64,000 nt of DNA, taken from Bdellovibrionales bacterium (GTDB lineage Bacteria > Bdellovibrionota > Bdellovibrionia > Bdellovibrionales > JAKFYE01). Below, in pieces: positions 1 through 9,898 of this stretch; positions within the stretch are counted from its first letter, which is position 1, and every line of letters starts with the position of its first letter. The position numbers and the translations under genes were made by a program. The notes under the pieces were generated by a model. That model worked only from the letters and a program-made list of their open reading frames with translations. It had not been told where the DNA came from and did no database searches. The stretch lies in assembly GCA_965116215.1 (NCBI GenBank), contig OZ220494.1:1563992-1627991 (forward strand), given 5' to 3'.

Positions 1-1
1 T

Positions 2-814
2 GAGGACTTTGTTCAATCTAGTGCCAAGTTGAGATTTCTTTTTAAAACTTTGGAAGATATAAAATCTAAAAATGAGAAGGTTCTTGTCTCGATCACAAAT
101 AAAAATCTTCAGAGAAAGATAAAGGAAATTTGTTATGCAAAATGGGGGCTTGACGTTGCTGTTATCAATGGTGAGATGTCTGGAGAAAAGCGTAAGAGCA
201 CAGTGGACAAATTTGGTGAGCATTCAGGTTTTAATATTTTGATTATTTCTCCTAGGGCTGGAGGGGTGGGTTTAAATATAGTATCTGCAAATCATATTAT
301 CCATTTAGAGAGATGGTGGAATCCGGCTGTTGAAGATCAGTGTACAGATCGCATTTTTAGAATAGGACAGAAAAAATCTGTATTTATTTACTGTCCTTTA
401 TCTGTTCATCCTCAGTATCCAGAAGAGAGTTTTGATGTTGTTTTAGATAAGATTTTAAAGAGAAAACGGAAAATGAGAGAGGAAACTCTTTGTCGATCTG
501 AACCTAGTGACTATGAAAGGAAAGAGTTCTATAGGGAAATCACTCTTGGAGAAGAGATGTATTCTCATCGAGAAGATTGTTTTTACGATAGCCCAGAATG
601 GAAGAGCCTAAGAAATGAAGTTTTTAAAAAATATCCCAGTATTTGTATGCGCTGTAAGAACAAAAATAATTTGCATGTCGATCATGTTAAGCCCAGATGT
701 AAATATCCGGAATTAGAATTAGAATTAAGTAACCTTCAGATTTTATGTGAATCTTGCAATTATTTAAAGGGCACTAAAGATTCTCCTGATTGGAACTTTA
801 GAAAAGCTGGATAA
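2..814 (+). CDS. SNF2-family helicase C-terminal region fused to an HNH nuclease domain (5' end cut by window edge)
   Basis: The reading frame is open from nt 2. Helicase C-terminal motifs are present (SPRAGGVGLNI; DQCTDRIFRIGQKK, a motif VI-like QxxxRxxRxGQ). They are followed by an HNH signature (HVDHVKP...LQILCESCNYLKG). Confidence 0.8.
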   Translation, partial: EDFVQSSAKLRFLFKTLEDIKSKNEKVLVSITNKNLQRKIKEICYAKWGLDVAVINGEMSGEKRKSTVDKFGEHSGFNILIISPRAGGVGLNIVSANHIIHLERWWNPAVEDQCTDRIFRIGQKKSVFIYCPLSVHPQYPEESFDVVLDKILKRKRKMREETLCRSEPSDYERKEFYREITLGEEMYSHREDCFYDSPEWKSLRNEVFKKYPSICMRCKNKNNLHVDHVKPRCKYPELELELSNLQILCESCNYLKGTKDSPDWNFRKAG

Positions 815-947
815 TTAAGACTTTTCTTGGATTTATGGGAGAACCAATGTTGCGTTTTCTTTCAATATGTAAAAAATATTGTCTAAATATTAAAACTCTT
901 TGCAAATCATCTTAAATCTATTAAGAGTTTATATTTTAAAGTGGGAG

Positions 948-1038
948 CTGTAATAGGATTTAGTGGCTTGAAATACCACAGACGGCACAGGGTTCATAAA
1001 TCATCAAGTCTGTATGGGATTTAGTGGATTGAAATACC
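948..1038. repeat. Two imperfect ~30-nt direct repeats (core GGATTTAGTGGNTTGAAATACC), the second spanning the stop codon of the GshA-like gene
   Basis: ctgtaataggatttagtggcttgaaatacc (948-977) versus ctgtatgggatttagtggattgaaatacc (1010-1038). The core offset is 61 nt. Confidence 0.6.
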
Positions 1039-2256
1039 TAGATCTTTGGCCTCTTGTCCGACGGCTAAAGCACTAATCTTTGCAATCCAACCATACACAT
1101 TTTCCATAGGATAACCATCAATATTGACCCTTAAATCACTCACACATAATTTTCTATAAATAGCCCCTGGAGCGTTGAGACTTTCCGTTGCATCCTTTCT
1201 CTTATGTGCCCTCAAAAAACCACCCAAAAGACGATGTCCAAACAAATAAATCGTTGGTTCGCAAATATTGTCATCAATAGTTAATGTCGATCGCACACCC
1301 TCTTGAAAAATAAATCCATCAATGCTCCCGCCACCCTTTGCAGCCTTCATTTTTGTTCTCTTACGGTTATTCCAAAGAAGAATGTCTTCAGGTGCATCTA
1401 ACTTTGCTACAGCTAAACCATATGTGCCTGAATCGTTCTTTATAAAAAGATAGGGCTTTTCTGAAACTCCATAAGAGGTATACTTTTTATTAAGACGATC
1501 AAACAGTGTCTTTGCCTCTGTCACGGCACGAGCCCGCCCTTTTTCATTAAAAATATCATGTCCTTCCAATGCTTGAGTTTCAATTTGTAAAAGCCAGGGG
1601 TCCACTTGGATAAGATGACAAAATTCCTGTGCAAATTGATTATAATATTTAAAATGATGACTTTTTTTCCTCTGATGCCATCCTAGTTCTCGAGGAGGAT
1701 TTGTCAGCAACCCCTTAGCCCAAGATTTTCTAGATTCAGAGAAGTCGTTGTTGCCCAAAACAATATTACAAAATTCATCATTAATTTTTAATCTTTCATT
1801 TAAAACCTCATTTGGGCTTATAGTCAGGGTTTTTCCAGAGGCGGTTTGAACACATAGTGGGGTCTTTAGCTCTCTAGGAAAAGTTAAAAACACTTTGTAT
1901 TTTGCAGCACTAAGAATATCTTTCAAAGTTGAGACACTTTCCCAATAATAAGAGTTTTTTGTGTGCTCCTCAGTAATGATAGCAATCTTTTTATTGGAGT
2001 CAGGGTAAAAGTTTTCTAAGTAGAACTTTATAATTTCTAAAGAATCCTCCTGATCAGCCTGACAAATATTATTAAACCCCGCAGGGAAAATATTGGCATC
2101 TACAGGTGCAATTTTATATCCTGAATCACGAATATCTACGCTGAGATAAACAGGGACAAACATCTGTTGCCTATGATTTAAAAACCATTTATCCACAGAT
2201 TCCTTGTTTGTAATAATATGACGATGAATATGTTCTTTAATGTCCAGTGGTTCCAC
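1021..2256 (-). CDS. gshA: Glutamate--cysteine ligase of the GshA (Acidithiobacillus-type, ATP-grasp-like) family
   Basis: 411 aa. The N-terminal block VPVYLSVDIRDSGYKIAPVDANIFPAGFNNI matches my recollection of the GshA/PF08886 family. The gene overlaps the upstream ORF by 20 nt. Confidence 0.5.
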   Translation of the reverse strand: MEPLDIKEHIHRHIITNKESVDKWFLNHRQQMFVPVYLSVDIRDSGYKIAPVDANIFPAGFNNICQADQEDSLEIIKFYLENFYPDSNKKIAIITEEHTKNSYYWESVSTLKDILSAAKYKVFLTFPRELKTPLCVQTASGKTLTISPNEVLNERLKINDEFCNIVLGNNDFSESRKSWAKGLLTNPPRELGWHQRKKSHHFKYYNQFAQEFCHLIQVDPWLLQIETQALEGHDIFNEKGRARAVTEAKTLFDRLNKKYTSYGVSEKPYLFIKNDSGTYGLAVAKLDAPEDILLWNNRKRTKMKAAKGGGSIDGFIFQEGVRSTLTIDDNICEPTIYLFGHRLLGGFLRAHKRKDATESLNAPGAIYRKLCVSDLRVNIDGYPMENVYGWIAKISALAVGQEAKDLGISIH

Positions 2257-3013
2257 CTATGTTCAGCTCATGAACTATTCTTGTGCCACCTATCACTGCG
2301 ATGGGTAGGAGAAAGAAATTGAGTCCGGGAAGTAAAAAAGTCAACCCAACAACCATGCCAAAGCCAGAGAGTTCCCAAAAATGAGAATAAAACACACAAA
2401 ATCTTTGCCTCAAGCTCATACCCCTTAATTCCAGGGCATAATCCCAGCAGTCAAAGGCTATGATCAGAGCCCCTAAAATGACAGACACAATTTGCAAGAT
2501 GGGTATAAAGCCCATTATAAATAACATCAAGCCTATTAAAAGAAATACCAAGGCTTTTGCTAATCCTATTAAGAGCATTCGTATATTAAATTTTATCCAT
2601 GAAACAAAACCATGATGCGGTAAAGTATATCCAGCATCTAATGTCATCACTTTTTCGGCAAGAAGAGCATTGAAGGGAAGGGCTATCAGGTTGGCAAAGA
2701 GAAAGGTGATGAAAATAATAAACCCTATGACAAATACATAGGAGACAAAAGAGAGGGTATAAAAAAGAAGGTTATATAAAAATCCTATAGGTTGATCAAA
2801 TAAAAGACCTAATCCCCAAGTAATAAGAGACCCGAAAGTCACAAGACTTTCTGTATATGATATAGCATAGTAAAAAAAGACTCCAAATATGACTAAAGAT
2901 AGACAGAAAGGTGCAAGTATGTATTTCCAAAGTGTTTTGTGTGATAAGCAGTATTTAAAGGCCTGAATAGGTGCTGCCGCTCCCTTTAAAAATCGATGAA
3001 TGAAGTGAGTCAT
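2237..3013 (-). CDS. EI24/CysZ-like integral membrane protein
   Basis: 258 aa with multiple hydrophobic helices. The N-terminal pattern (AAPIQAFKYCLSHKTLWKYILAPF) resembles the CysZ/EI24 (DUF540) family. It overlaps the downstream gene. Confidence 0.5.
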   Translation of the reverse strand: MTHFIHRFLKGAAAPIQAFKYCLSHKTLWKYILAPFCLSLVIFGVFFYYAISYTESLVTFGSLITWGLGLLFDQPIGFLYNLLFYTLSFVSYVFVIGFIIFITFLFANLIALPFNALLAEKVMTLDAGYTLPHHGFVSWIKFNIRMLLIGLAKALVFLLIGLMLFIMGFIPILQIVSVILGALIIAFDCWDYALELRGMSLRQRFCVFYSHFWELSGFGMVVGLTFLLPGLNFFLLPIAVIGGTRIVHELNIGGTTGH

Positions 3014-3095
3014 AAAATAGATATCCCTTTTCTATCGCCTCAACATGTTTTGTTTAAGATGAAACAGGACGTTTTCTGCTTAAACTCTCCTATTT

Positions 3096-4184
3096 CTAAA
3101 TCTCTAAAGCATCCTTTTTTGTAGATTCACTTAATGTCAATTCTAATTCTTTAGAGATAGCATTTAAAGTTTTAAGATCATAGGCCTCTTTACTCAAATC
3201 TGGTAGGGTTATCATCTTTATTCGAGACATTGATTTGCTATTTTTTAATATTTTTAAGCTGCTCTGATAGTAATTATTAAACTTTGAATAATATTTATAA
3301 AAGGGCTTCATCGGGCCCTCTTTATTTCCCTTCCAATGGGGTAAAGCTCTATTGATAATGATAACCGAAAGAGAGTACCCCTCTTTTTTTAGAGAAGACT
3401 GAAAATGGAGGGCCTCCTTGAGTCTCTGCCTTTCAAAACTCGTAATGAGGAAAAATGTGGTCTTTTGTGAGTTGAGTAATTTGTGGACCTCAAGACTGTG
3501 CTTTCTGATGGGGCCTACAAGCTCACTAATAGCTTGAAAAAAATCTGTCAGGTCATCAATAAATGTAGTGCTTGTGAGTTTCTTTAAAAGATCAAAAGCA
3601 GTAAAAACACCTTTATTCAACAAGAGGGATATTTTATTTCTTCTCTTGGACTTATAGGAAAACCACTTAATAATAGAAGATTGGAATAAGGCATTTATTT
3701 TCTTTGGGGCCCTTAAAAAGTCAATAGCATGTTGTGCCGGGGGTGTGTCTACAATGATTAAATCATAATTATGACTATAAAAAGACTGATGTAGTTTCTC
3801 TAAAGCTGTATACTCTTGTGAGTCGCTCAGTGTTGTAGATATCTTTTTGTAGATTTTATTTTGTAAAATTCTATCAGAAGATTCTTTGGATTTAGAAACT
3901 CTTTTAATAAATTCATCGAAAATATATTTGCTATTTAACATTGATGCATAAAGAACTCCCCCATTGTTTTTATAAGCTAAGGTATCATTTGGAAGAGACT
4001 GCTTTAGGTTGAGAGCATCTGCTAATCTGCGAGCAGGATCAATTGTAAGGACAAGGGCTTTTTTGCCTTGATTGGCAGCCAATATTCCTAATGCTGAGGC
4101 CAGTGTTGTTTTCCCAACACCCCCCGTTCCTGCACAAATAATAATAGAGTGTTTATCAATGATTTCTAAAAGTCTATTTGGCAT
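3096..4184 (-). CDS. ArsA/GET3-family P-loop ATPase (divergent switch motif)
   Basis: Walker A motif CAGTGGVGKTT and DTPPAQHAIDFLRAP in place of the DTAPTGHTLRLL signature. The likely start is the ATG at 4184 (MPNRLLEII), 11 nt inside the upstream gene. The longest ORF extends to 4223. Confidence 0.7.
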   Translation of the reverse strand: MPNRLLEIIDKHSIIICAGTGGVGKTTLASALGILAANQGKKALVLTIDPARRLADALNLKQSLPNDTLAYKNNGGVLYASMLNSKYIFDEFIKRVSKSKESSDRILQNKIYKKISTTLSDSQEYTALEKLHQSFYSHNYDLIIVDTPPAQHAIDFLRAPKKINALFQSSIIKWFSYKSKRRNKISLLLNKGVFTAFDLLKKLTSTTFIDDLTDFFQAISELVGPIRKHSLEVHKLLNSQKTTFFLITSFERQRLKEALHFQSSLKKEGYSLSVIIINRALPHWKGNKEGPMKPFYKYYSKFNNYYQSSLKILKNSKSMSRIKMITLPDLSKEAYDLKTLNAISKELELTLSESTKKDALEI

Positions 4185-5088
4185 GGATTGTTTCTCCAAT
4201 TTGTTTGAAAAAATCCATTGCAATCCCTTCTTGTAAATTTAAAGCAGAGAAATAGAGTGGTAAGTCGTTCTTCTCGAGTAGATCTATAAATTTCTTCTGT
4301 TTTTTGAGCCTCTGGCAGAGGAAATCTAAGAATGGATTTCCAGAGTTTAATGCTTTAAAGGCTTCAATATTCTCTGTGTTGTCGTCTGGGAATATCATTT
4401 TATTTATTATTAAAGCGGGATGGATATCAAATTCTTTTTTTAAAGATTCGAGAAACTCAAGGCACTCAGTTATGGGTAACTCCTCAGGTAGGGTAGCTAC
4501 AAGAAATCCTATAAGACGGGGGTTTTGAAGAAGATTGTTAATGTCTTCACATTGCCGCATAAGGGGACCCACTCGCATAATCTCCTTAATTCCTCTGGGG
4601 GCTCGTAACAAGGCCAGAGTGTGACCTGTTGAAAAACTATCGACAATAATAAGATCATAGGGCATGGGGGAGCCTATATCCCGAAGGCCACTGGTGATTT
4701 TTCCTAAAATAGCCATTTCCTTTAATGCGGGAGTCACGTTGAGAAAAGTACGCATCACTTTATTCTCAAAAAATAACTTAAAAATAAGATCGACTTTAAA
4801 TAAATGAAGAAAATACTCTTTGAGACTATTTTCTACGGTGAGATTTAGAAGGCTTAAATTTTTAGCTATGACTTTTGGATGAGAACATGTCTGTTTGATA
4901 TTAAATTCAGAACGCAGATGGGACTCTGTTCCTAATTCAATGATGAGGACTTTTTTATTTAAAGCAGCAGCTTTTAAAGCCAATGCTCCCGTCAGGGTCG
5001 ATTTACCAACTCCCCCCTTGCCGGTAATAAAGAGGATTTTTTTGTTGAACAGTTCCATTGATTTTCTATACTGCTCTGACCCTTTCAA
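4174..5088 (-). CDS. ArsA/GET3-family P-loop ATPase
   Basis: Walker A motif GKGGVGKST and an ArsA-like signature VDSFSTGHTLALLRAP. Confidence 0.75.
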   Translation of the reverse strand: MKGSEQYRKSMELFNKKILFITGKGGVGKSTLTGALALKAAALNKKVLIIELGTESHLRSEFNIKQTCSHPKVIAKNLSLLNLTVENSLKEYFLHLFKVDLIFKLFFENKVMRTFLNVTPALKEMAILGKITSGLRDIGSPMPYDLIIVDSFSTGHTLALLRAPRGIKEIMRVGPLMRQCEDINNLLQNPRLIGFLVATLPEELPITECLEFLESLKKEFDIHPALIINKMIFPDDNTENIEAFKALNSGNPFLDFLCQRLKKQKKFIDLLEKNDLPLYFSALNLQEGIAMDFFKQIGETIHAK

Positions 5089-5378
5089 ACTGTCGACCTC
5101 TTTCTAACACATGCCTTGCATCAAAACCTAGAGATAGATGAACGTCTTTTGTAGAGACTTATCCTGCTCTATCAAGAGTGAAATCCAGCACTCTAGAGGA
5201 GACAAAAGTCTTTTCATTCAGACTTGCTTTTTGTCGGCGAATCATCTACAACCGATCAACTAGAGCTTTTTTGTTGTTGAAAAAACCATTGTGTCGTTGG
5301 TAGATAGAAAATATATAAAAGAGGGCGTACTCAAGTAGATAAGCCAATTTTCGAAAAAGGATCGGAGTTTTAAAAAAT

Positions 5379-6686
5379 ATGAAAGTTGAAATGGAAGAAA
5401 TATCTAAGTTGGAACGGAAACTCCATATTGAAGTGCCGGTGGAAATGGTCAGGTCGGCCTTTGAGAGGGCTTATAAAAAGGTGCAAAAAGACACCACTCT
5501 AAAAGGCTTTCGAAAGGGAAAGGTTCCTATCGGTCAGATTAAATCCCTATATGTTCAGGATGTTCAATCCAAGGTGTTGAATCAAATGGTCCAATCGTCT
5601 TATGTACAGGCAATGACTGAAAAACAATTGCATCCCATAGGCTCGCCTAAGTTTCATATTTCTTCTATTGAAGAGGATAAACCGTTTAAGTTTTCTTTTG
5701 AGGTTGAAATACGTCCAGAAATTAACCTCAAAATATATAAGGGTTTAGAGGTTGAAAAAGAAATATTAGATGTCAATACAGAACATGTTGTTAATAAAGT
5801 TATTGAAAATCTTAGGAATCAGAAGGCTGAAACAACCCCTGTCTTAGATATTCGGCCGGCCCAAATGGGAGATGTCGTGAGGATAGACTTTAACGGGACA
5901 GTGAATGGTCAACCTTTAAATAAAGGGTCGGCAAAAGACTATGATCTTGAGTTAGGGTCTCAATCGTTTATTCCAGGATTTGAAGAAGGGATCGTTGGAA
6001 TGAATATTAATGAAACGAAAACACTGAACCTGACTTTTCCTGAAGACTATAGTAAGGATCTTGCTAATGTTCCTGTTCAGTTTGAGATTCAATTGAAGTC
6101 TTTAAATAAGAAGCGACTTCCAGAAGTGAATGATGAATTTGCCAAAAGTATCGGCTTGGAAAACTTTAAAAGCATGAAACAAAAAATTTTAGAGGACCAT
6201 ATCAATTTAGAAAAAAAGAGAATAAAGGAAGATTTAAGAAAAAGAATTATCAAAGTGTTAGTGGATAAAAACCCTGTGGAGGCCCCAAGCTCTCTTGTTA
6301 AAGAGCAAAAAAACTTACTCATTGAAGATGTTAAAAAGAATATGACCACAAAGGGCTTGTCGGAAGAGGATTTCAAATCCTATGTTAAAAAATGGGATGC
6401 TCAACTTCAACAGTCTGCTCACTTTATGGTGTGCTCTAGTTTTCTTATTCATGAGATTTCTGATAAGGAAAATTTAAAGTCTACAGGGGTAGATGTTGAT
6501 GTGAAAATTAAAGAATATGCTCGCCAGACGGGTATGGATATAAAGAAAATTCAAGATTTTTATACTAAAAAAGAAAATGTGGAGCGGCTCCGTTTTAAAA
6601 TTTCTGAAGATAAGGTTGTAGACTTTTTATTGAGTCAGTCTAAGATCAAGGAAGTTCCTAAAGATAAGATCTCTCAGCTCAGTTAG
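5379..6686 (+). CDS. tig: Trigger factor
   Basis: 435 aa. The N-terminal ribosome-binding motif GFRKGKVP and a central FKBP-like PPIase region (GDVVRIDFNGTVNGQP...FIPGFEEGIVGM) are present. Confidence 0.93.
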   Translation: MKVEMEEISKLERKLHIEVPVEMVRSAFERAYKKVQKDTTLKGFRKGKVPIGQIKSLYVQDVQSKVLNQMVQSSYVQAMTEKQLHPIGSPKFHISSIEEDKPFKFSFEVEIRPEINLKIYKGLEVEKEILDVNTEHVVNKVIENLRNQKAETTPVLDIRPAQMGDVVRIDFNGTVNGQPLNKGSAKDYDLELGSQSFIPGFEEGIVGMNINETKTLNLTFPEDYSKDLANVPVQFEIQLKSLNKKRLPEVNDEFAKSIGLENFKSMKQKILEDHINLEKKRIKEDLRKRIIKVLVDKNPVEAPSSLVKEQKNLLIEDVKKNMTTKGLSEEDFKSYVKKWDAQLQQSAHFMVCSSFLIHEISDKENLKSTGVDVDVKIKEYARQTGMDIKKIQDFYTKKENVERLRFKISEDKVVDFLLSQSKIKEVPKDKISQLS

Positions 6687-6717
6687 ACGTATTAAAAGTA
6701 TTGCAATATGAAAGATT

Positions 6718-8064
6718 TTAGTTGTGGTTCAATGGCGAGCTATGGGTTGGTGTAGGAGGCTTTAAAAGTCTACTTATTTTAAGATAATTATAAGCTTGAA
6801 AAATTTGAAAATCTTTTTGTAAGAGTTCAATATGTTTTGTAGAGTTTAGAGATTCATCTGGTACACTTGAAAATGCAGGCTTTCTATCTTTTTCTAGATG
6901 TCCCTTTATGTCTTTTTCACGGCGAACCTTTTTGTGTATGAGTGCTTTTTTATATATTTCTGGATCTATTTCATCCAGTTCAATATCGGGACGAATGCCT
7001 TCAACTTGGATGGATTTACCAAGAGGTGTATAGTATCGTGCGACAGTGAGTTTAAGAGCGGATCCATCATCTAACTTGACGACAGATTGTATAGAGCCTT
7101 TGCCAAAACTCCTTTTTCCCATAATAATTGCTCGCTTGTTATCTTGTAGGGCCCCTGCTAAAATTTCACTGGCACTCGCTGAATATTCATTTATCAATAA
7201 AATTAAAGGAAAGTTTTCTAATGTCCCTTCTCTCTTTGCTACAAAACTTTCTTTATTTTTTCCATCACGCCCAATAATATTAACGATTTCCCCTTTATTA
7301 AGAAAAAGATCACTTAATCTTACAGCTTGACGGAGCAAGCCTCCCGGATTGGATCGCAAATCGATGATAAGACCTGCAATTTTACCGTGTGTGTTTTTGT
7401 GTTTCTTTATTTTTTTAGTGAATTGATCATATGTGCTTTTAATGAAGTTGGTGATCTTTAAGTACATATAGCCATTATCTAAGTTGGTATATTTAACAGA
7501 TTGAATTTTAACCTTTGCTCGCTTGATAGAAAAATCCCTGGGCTTTTTAAAACCTTCTCTGAGGATACCTAATGTTATTTTTTTCTTTTTATTTCTTAGC
7601 ATAACAGCCGCTTCAGCTAGAGTTAATCCCTTTGTGGACTGACCCTCGATGGATACAATTTGATCTCCAGGTTTAATGCCTGCTTTCCATGCGGAAGAGT
7701 CTTCTACAGGGGAAATAATAGTGAGTTTCCCATCTCTTACAATAATTTCAATCCCTAGACCACCAAACTCCCCGTTGGTTTTGAGTCGAAAATTCTTATA
7801 AATTTCAGGTGATAAAAAGCTTGTATGAGGATCTAGCTCTGAGAGCATTCCTTTGATGCCTCCATAAATGAGTTCCTCAAAGTCTACATTCTCTACATAG
7901 TGTTTTTCTACTAGATTTAAAACCTTAGTGAAGATTTCTAACTGCTCATATCTTGTTAACAATTTATCTTGCTGTGCTGGCGAGTGATTTTGTTTTTTAG
8001 CAAAGGAGTGATGGCTAAAGAAGAGCAATAAAATAATAAAATATATCCACTTCTTTTTTGTCAT
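6718..8064 (-). CDS. ctpA: Carboxy-terminal processing protease (S41 family) with PDZ domain
   Basis: Signal peptide, PDZ block (GGLGIEI...AGIKPGDQIVSIEG), and S41 catalytic region (LINEYSASASEILAGALQD...GKGSIQ). Confidence 0.9.
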   Translation of the reverse strand: MTKKKWIYFIILLLFFSHHSFAKKQNHSPAQQDKLLTRYEQLEIFTKVLNLVEKHYVENVDFEELIYGGIKGMLSELDPHTSFLSPEIYKNFRLKTNGEFGGLGIEIIVRDGKLTIISPVEDSSAWKAGIKPGDQIVSIEGQSTKGLTLAEAAVMLRNKKKKITLGILREGFKKPRDFSIKRAKVKIQSVKYTNLDNGYMYLKITNFIKSTYDQFTKKIKKHKNTHGKIAGLIIDLRSNPGGLLRQAVRLSDLFLNKGEIVNIIGRDGKNKESFVAKREGTLENFPLILLINEYSASASEILAGALQDNKRAIIMGKRSFGKGSIQSVVKLDDGSALKLTVARYYTPLGKSIQVEGIRPDIELDEIDPEIYKKALIHKKVRREKDIKGHLEKDRKPAFSSVPDESLNSTKHIELLQKDFQIFQAYNYLKISRLLKPPTPTHSSPLNHN

Positions 8065-9191
8065 AATAGATCTCTAGAGTTAAATTTTGTTTTTTTATTG
8101 ATCCATTTTTTGGGGTCTAAAGGCTCCGAGAGGTAACGTATTTCAAAATAGCTGCCAGAGCCAAAGAATGGACCAACATGTCCCGAAAGAGCTAGTGTTT
8201 CCCCCTCTTCGACTGTATCACCTTTGCTGACAAGGAGTTTTTTGTTGTTCCCATAGATGGAAAAGTAATTGTGACCATGGTCTATAATGATGCTTTTTCC
8301 AAATGTTTTAACCGGCCCTGCAAATTGAACATCTCCTTTAAAGATACTTTTTACTGGCTGACTCAATGGACTTTTAAAAAATAATCCTTTTAGAGGAAGG
8401 CCTAATCCAGTGTTTTGATAGTGAATTTTTCTAATAATAGATCCATTTAAGGGATAACCAAGATGCCCTTGTCGTTCAAAAAACGAATCTTTTAAAAATT
8501 GCTTAAGAGTGCGAAGTTGATGTGTGGAATACTTATTCTTTTCCATCATCTGCATATATTTTATTTTTATGTCTTTAAGTTTTTTTAGAGCTAGAGACCT
8601 TTTTGTATTAATTGTTTTTATCCGTGAAAGGTTTTTAGATTTGTGCTTTTCAAGCTGTGCCTTTTTCTTTAATAAATCTTTTTTTAGGGCAACAAATTGG
8701 TTCATATTTTTTTCTTGTTTTCTAAAAGATTTTTTAAAAAGATTCTTATTATTTTTATAGGTTTCTAATAGCTTAAAACTGTTATTTTTGATCTCTTGAT
8801 TGGAATTGTGATTCCCTATTGTTTCTAATCGACTCTTCCATGGATAAAGTATTCGAAATAGATTGTCTTTTTTGTGAGATGATATCTGCTTTATTTCTTT
8901 AGTGTGTTTTTCTTTATCTTCTATTTTTTTGTTCAGTTGTTCAATAAGCCTGTTTAAAGAGGATAGGCTCTTTTTGGAGCGATCTGTGTGATGTTCTGTG
9001 TGCTGTATTTCTTTATTGACTTTTTTTATTTGGTCTATGATTTCATTTAGTTTTCTGAGTGTTGAGAGTCTTTTTACCTCTTGTTTGTGAAAAAGTTGCT
9101 CTTTGGATTTAATGGAATCGACTATCTCAGATAGAGAAATGGAATAAAGAGGGGGTGTGATAAACAGTATCAAGTAAACCCATTTATACAT
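8061..9191 (-). CDS. M23 peptidase with long coiled-coil N-terminus (EnvC-like murein hydrolase activator)
   Basis: A Lys/Glu-rich coiled-coil region precedes a C-terminal LytM/M23 domain (GKSIIIDHGHNYFSIYGNN...GDTVEEGETLALSG). The likely start is the ATG at 9191 (MYKWVYLILF, signal-like, GGAG 6 nt upstream). The longest ORF begins with TTG at 9269. Confidence 0.8.
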   Translation of the reverse strand: MYKWVYLILFITPPLYSISLSEIVDSIKSKEQLFHKQEVKRLSTLRKLNEIIDQIKKVNKEIQHTEHHTDRSKKSLSSLNRLIEQLNKKIEDKEKHTKEIKQISSHKKDNLFRILYPWKSRLETIGNHNSNQEIKNNSFKLLETYKNNKNLFKKSFRKQEKNMNQFVALKKDLLKKKAQLEKHKSKNLSRIKTINTKRSLALKKLKDIKIKYMQMMEKNKYSTHQLRTLKQFLKDSFFERQGHLGYPLNGSIIRKIHYQNTGLGLPLKGLFFKSPLSQPVKSIFKGDVQFAGPVKTFGKSIIIDHGHNYFSIYGNNKKLLVSKGDTVEEGETLALSGHVGPFFGSGSYFEIRYLSEPLDPKKWINKKTKFNSRDLL

Positions 9192-9287
9192 GGATGCTCC
9201 ATTGAGAGAAGACAGCCTTGACACTGTGAGATTTCTCAAGAATATGAGTTGCAATGAAATAAAGCCCAATCATTAAGATATATTGTA

Positions 9288-9566
9288 TCAGTTTGATACA
9301 ATATTTCCAGAAAGGACCTGGTCTAGAATTTTTTGATGTTGCTCTCTAATGGCGAGACGTATGGCTTGTTGGTAGTGAGAAGGTTTATTGAGCCAAGCTG
9401 TTTTGTAGCTTGTTTTTATGCTTTTCACAACAGAGCCTCTCTGGAAAATACGTGTCACTATATAGGGGTTTTTAAAACCCCAGTCTTCAGTCTGAATGTG
9501 AAATTTTTTATTGTGAACGTTGATATTGGAATTAAACCCTTTTTCCAACTTCATTCTCCTTTGCAA
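9288..9566 (-). CDS. Small conserved hypothetical protein
   Basis: A 92-aa ORF lying 18-96 nt upstream of the M23 gene on the same strand. No recognisable motif. Confidence 0.4.
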   Translation of the reverse strand: MQRRMKLEKGFNSNINVHNKKFHIQTEDWGFKNPYIVTRIFQRGSVVKSIKTSYKTAWLNKPSHYQQAIRLAIREQHQKILDQVLSGNIVSN

Positions 9567-9898
9567 AAGGCTACAATATGAGATAGAACTGAGTTGTCTC
9601 TTGAAATACCCCTTTAAAGAATGTTGTAGAATAAATTACTTTTTCAAGAAGCCAGCCCTTTTGATCTTTTTATGGAATTATTTTATCAATGGCAAAGGAA
9701 ATTCTTGTTTTAAGTCTCATCTGTTTTTATCTATGAAAAATAAAGCATGGAATATAGGATCTATGTTTCAGGAGGCTGATGAAGAGTTCCCTCTCCCTCT
9801 TTATTCTTAAATCAGCTTATGACTGATGTTCTATAGGTTTCCTCTTTAAAAGATAATATATTCTAATATATACCATCCCTTTACCGATAAATAATATT

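Noticed and set aside
948-1038. Possible miniature CRISPR array (repeat ending in ATTGAAAT-like sequence, ~30-nt repeat and ~31-nt spacer)
   Set aside because: There are only two copies with 4 mismatches or indels. The second lies inside the 3' end of a coding gene, and no cas genes or further repeats are present.
4304-5107. Plus-strand ORFs 4304-4528 and 4895-5107, and similar 60-130 aa ORFs antisense to well-supported genes throughout the window
   Set aside because: They lie entirely within and antisense to genes with clear homology. They have biased composition and no translation signals.
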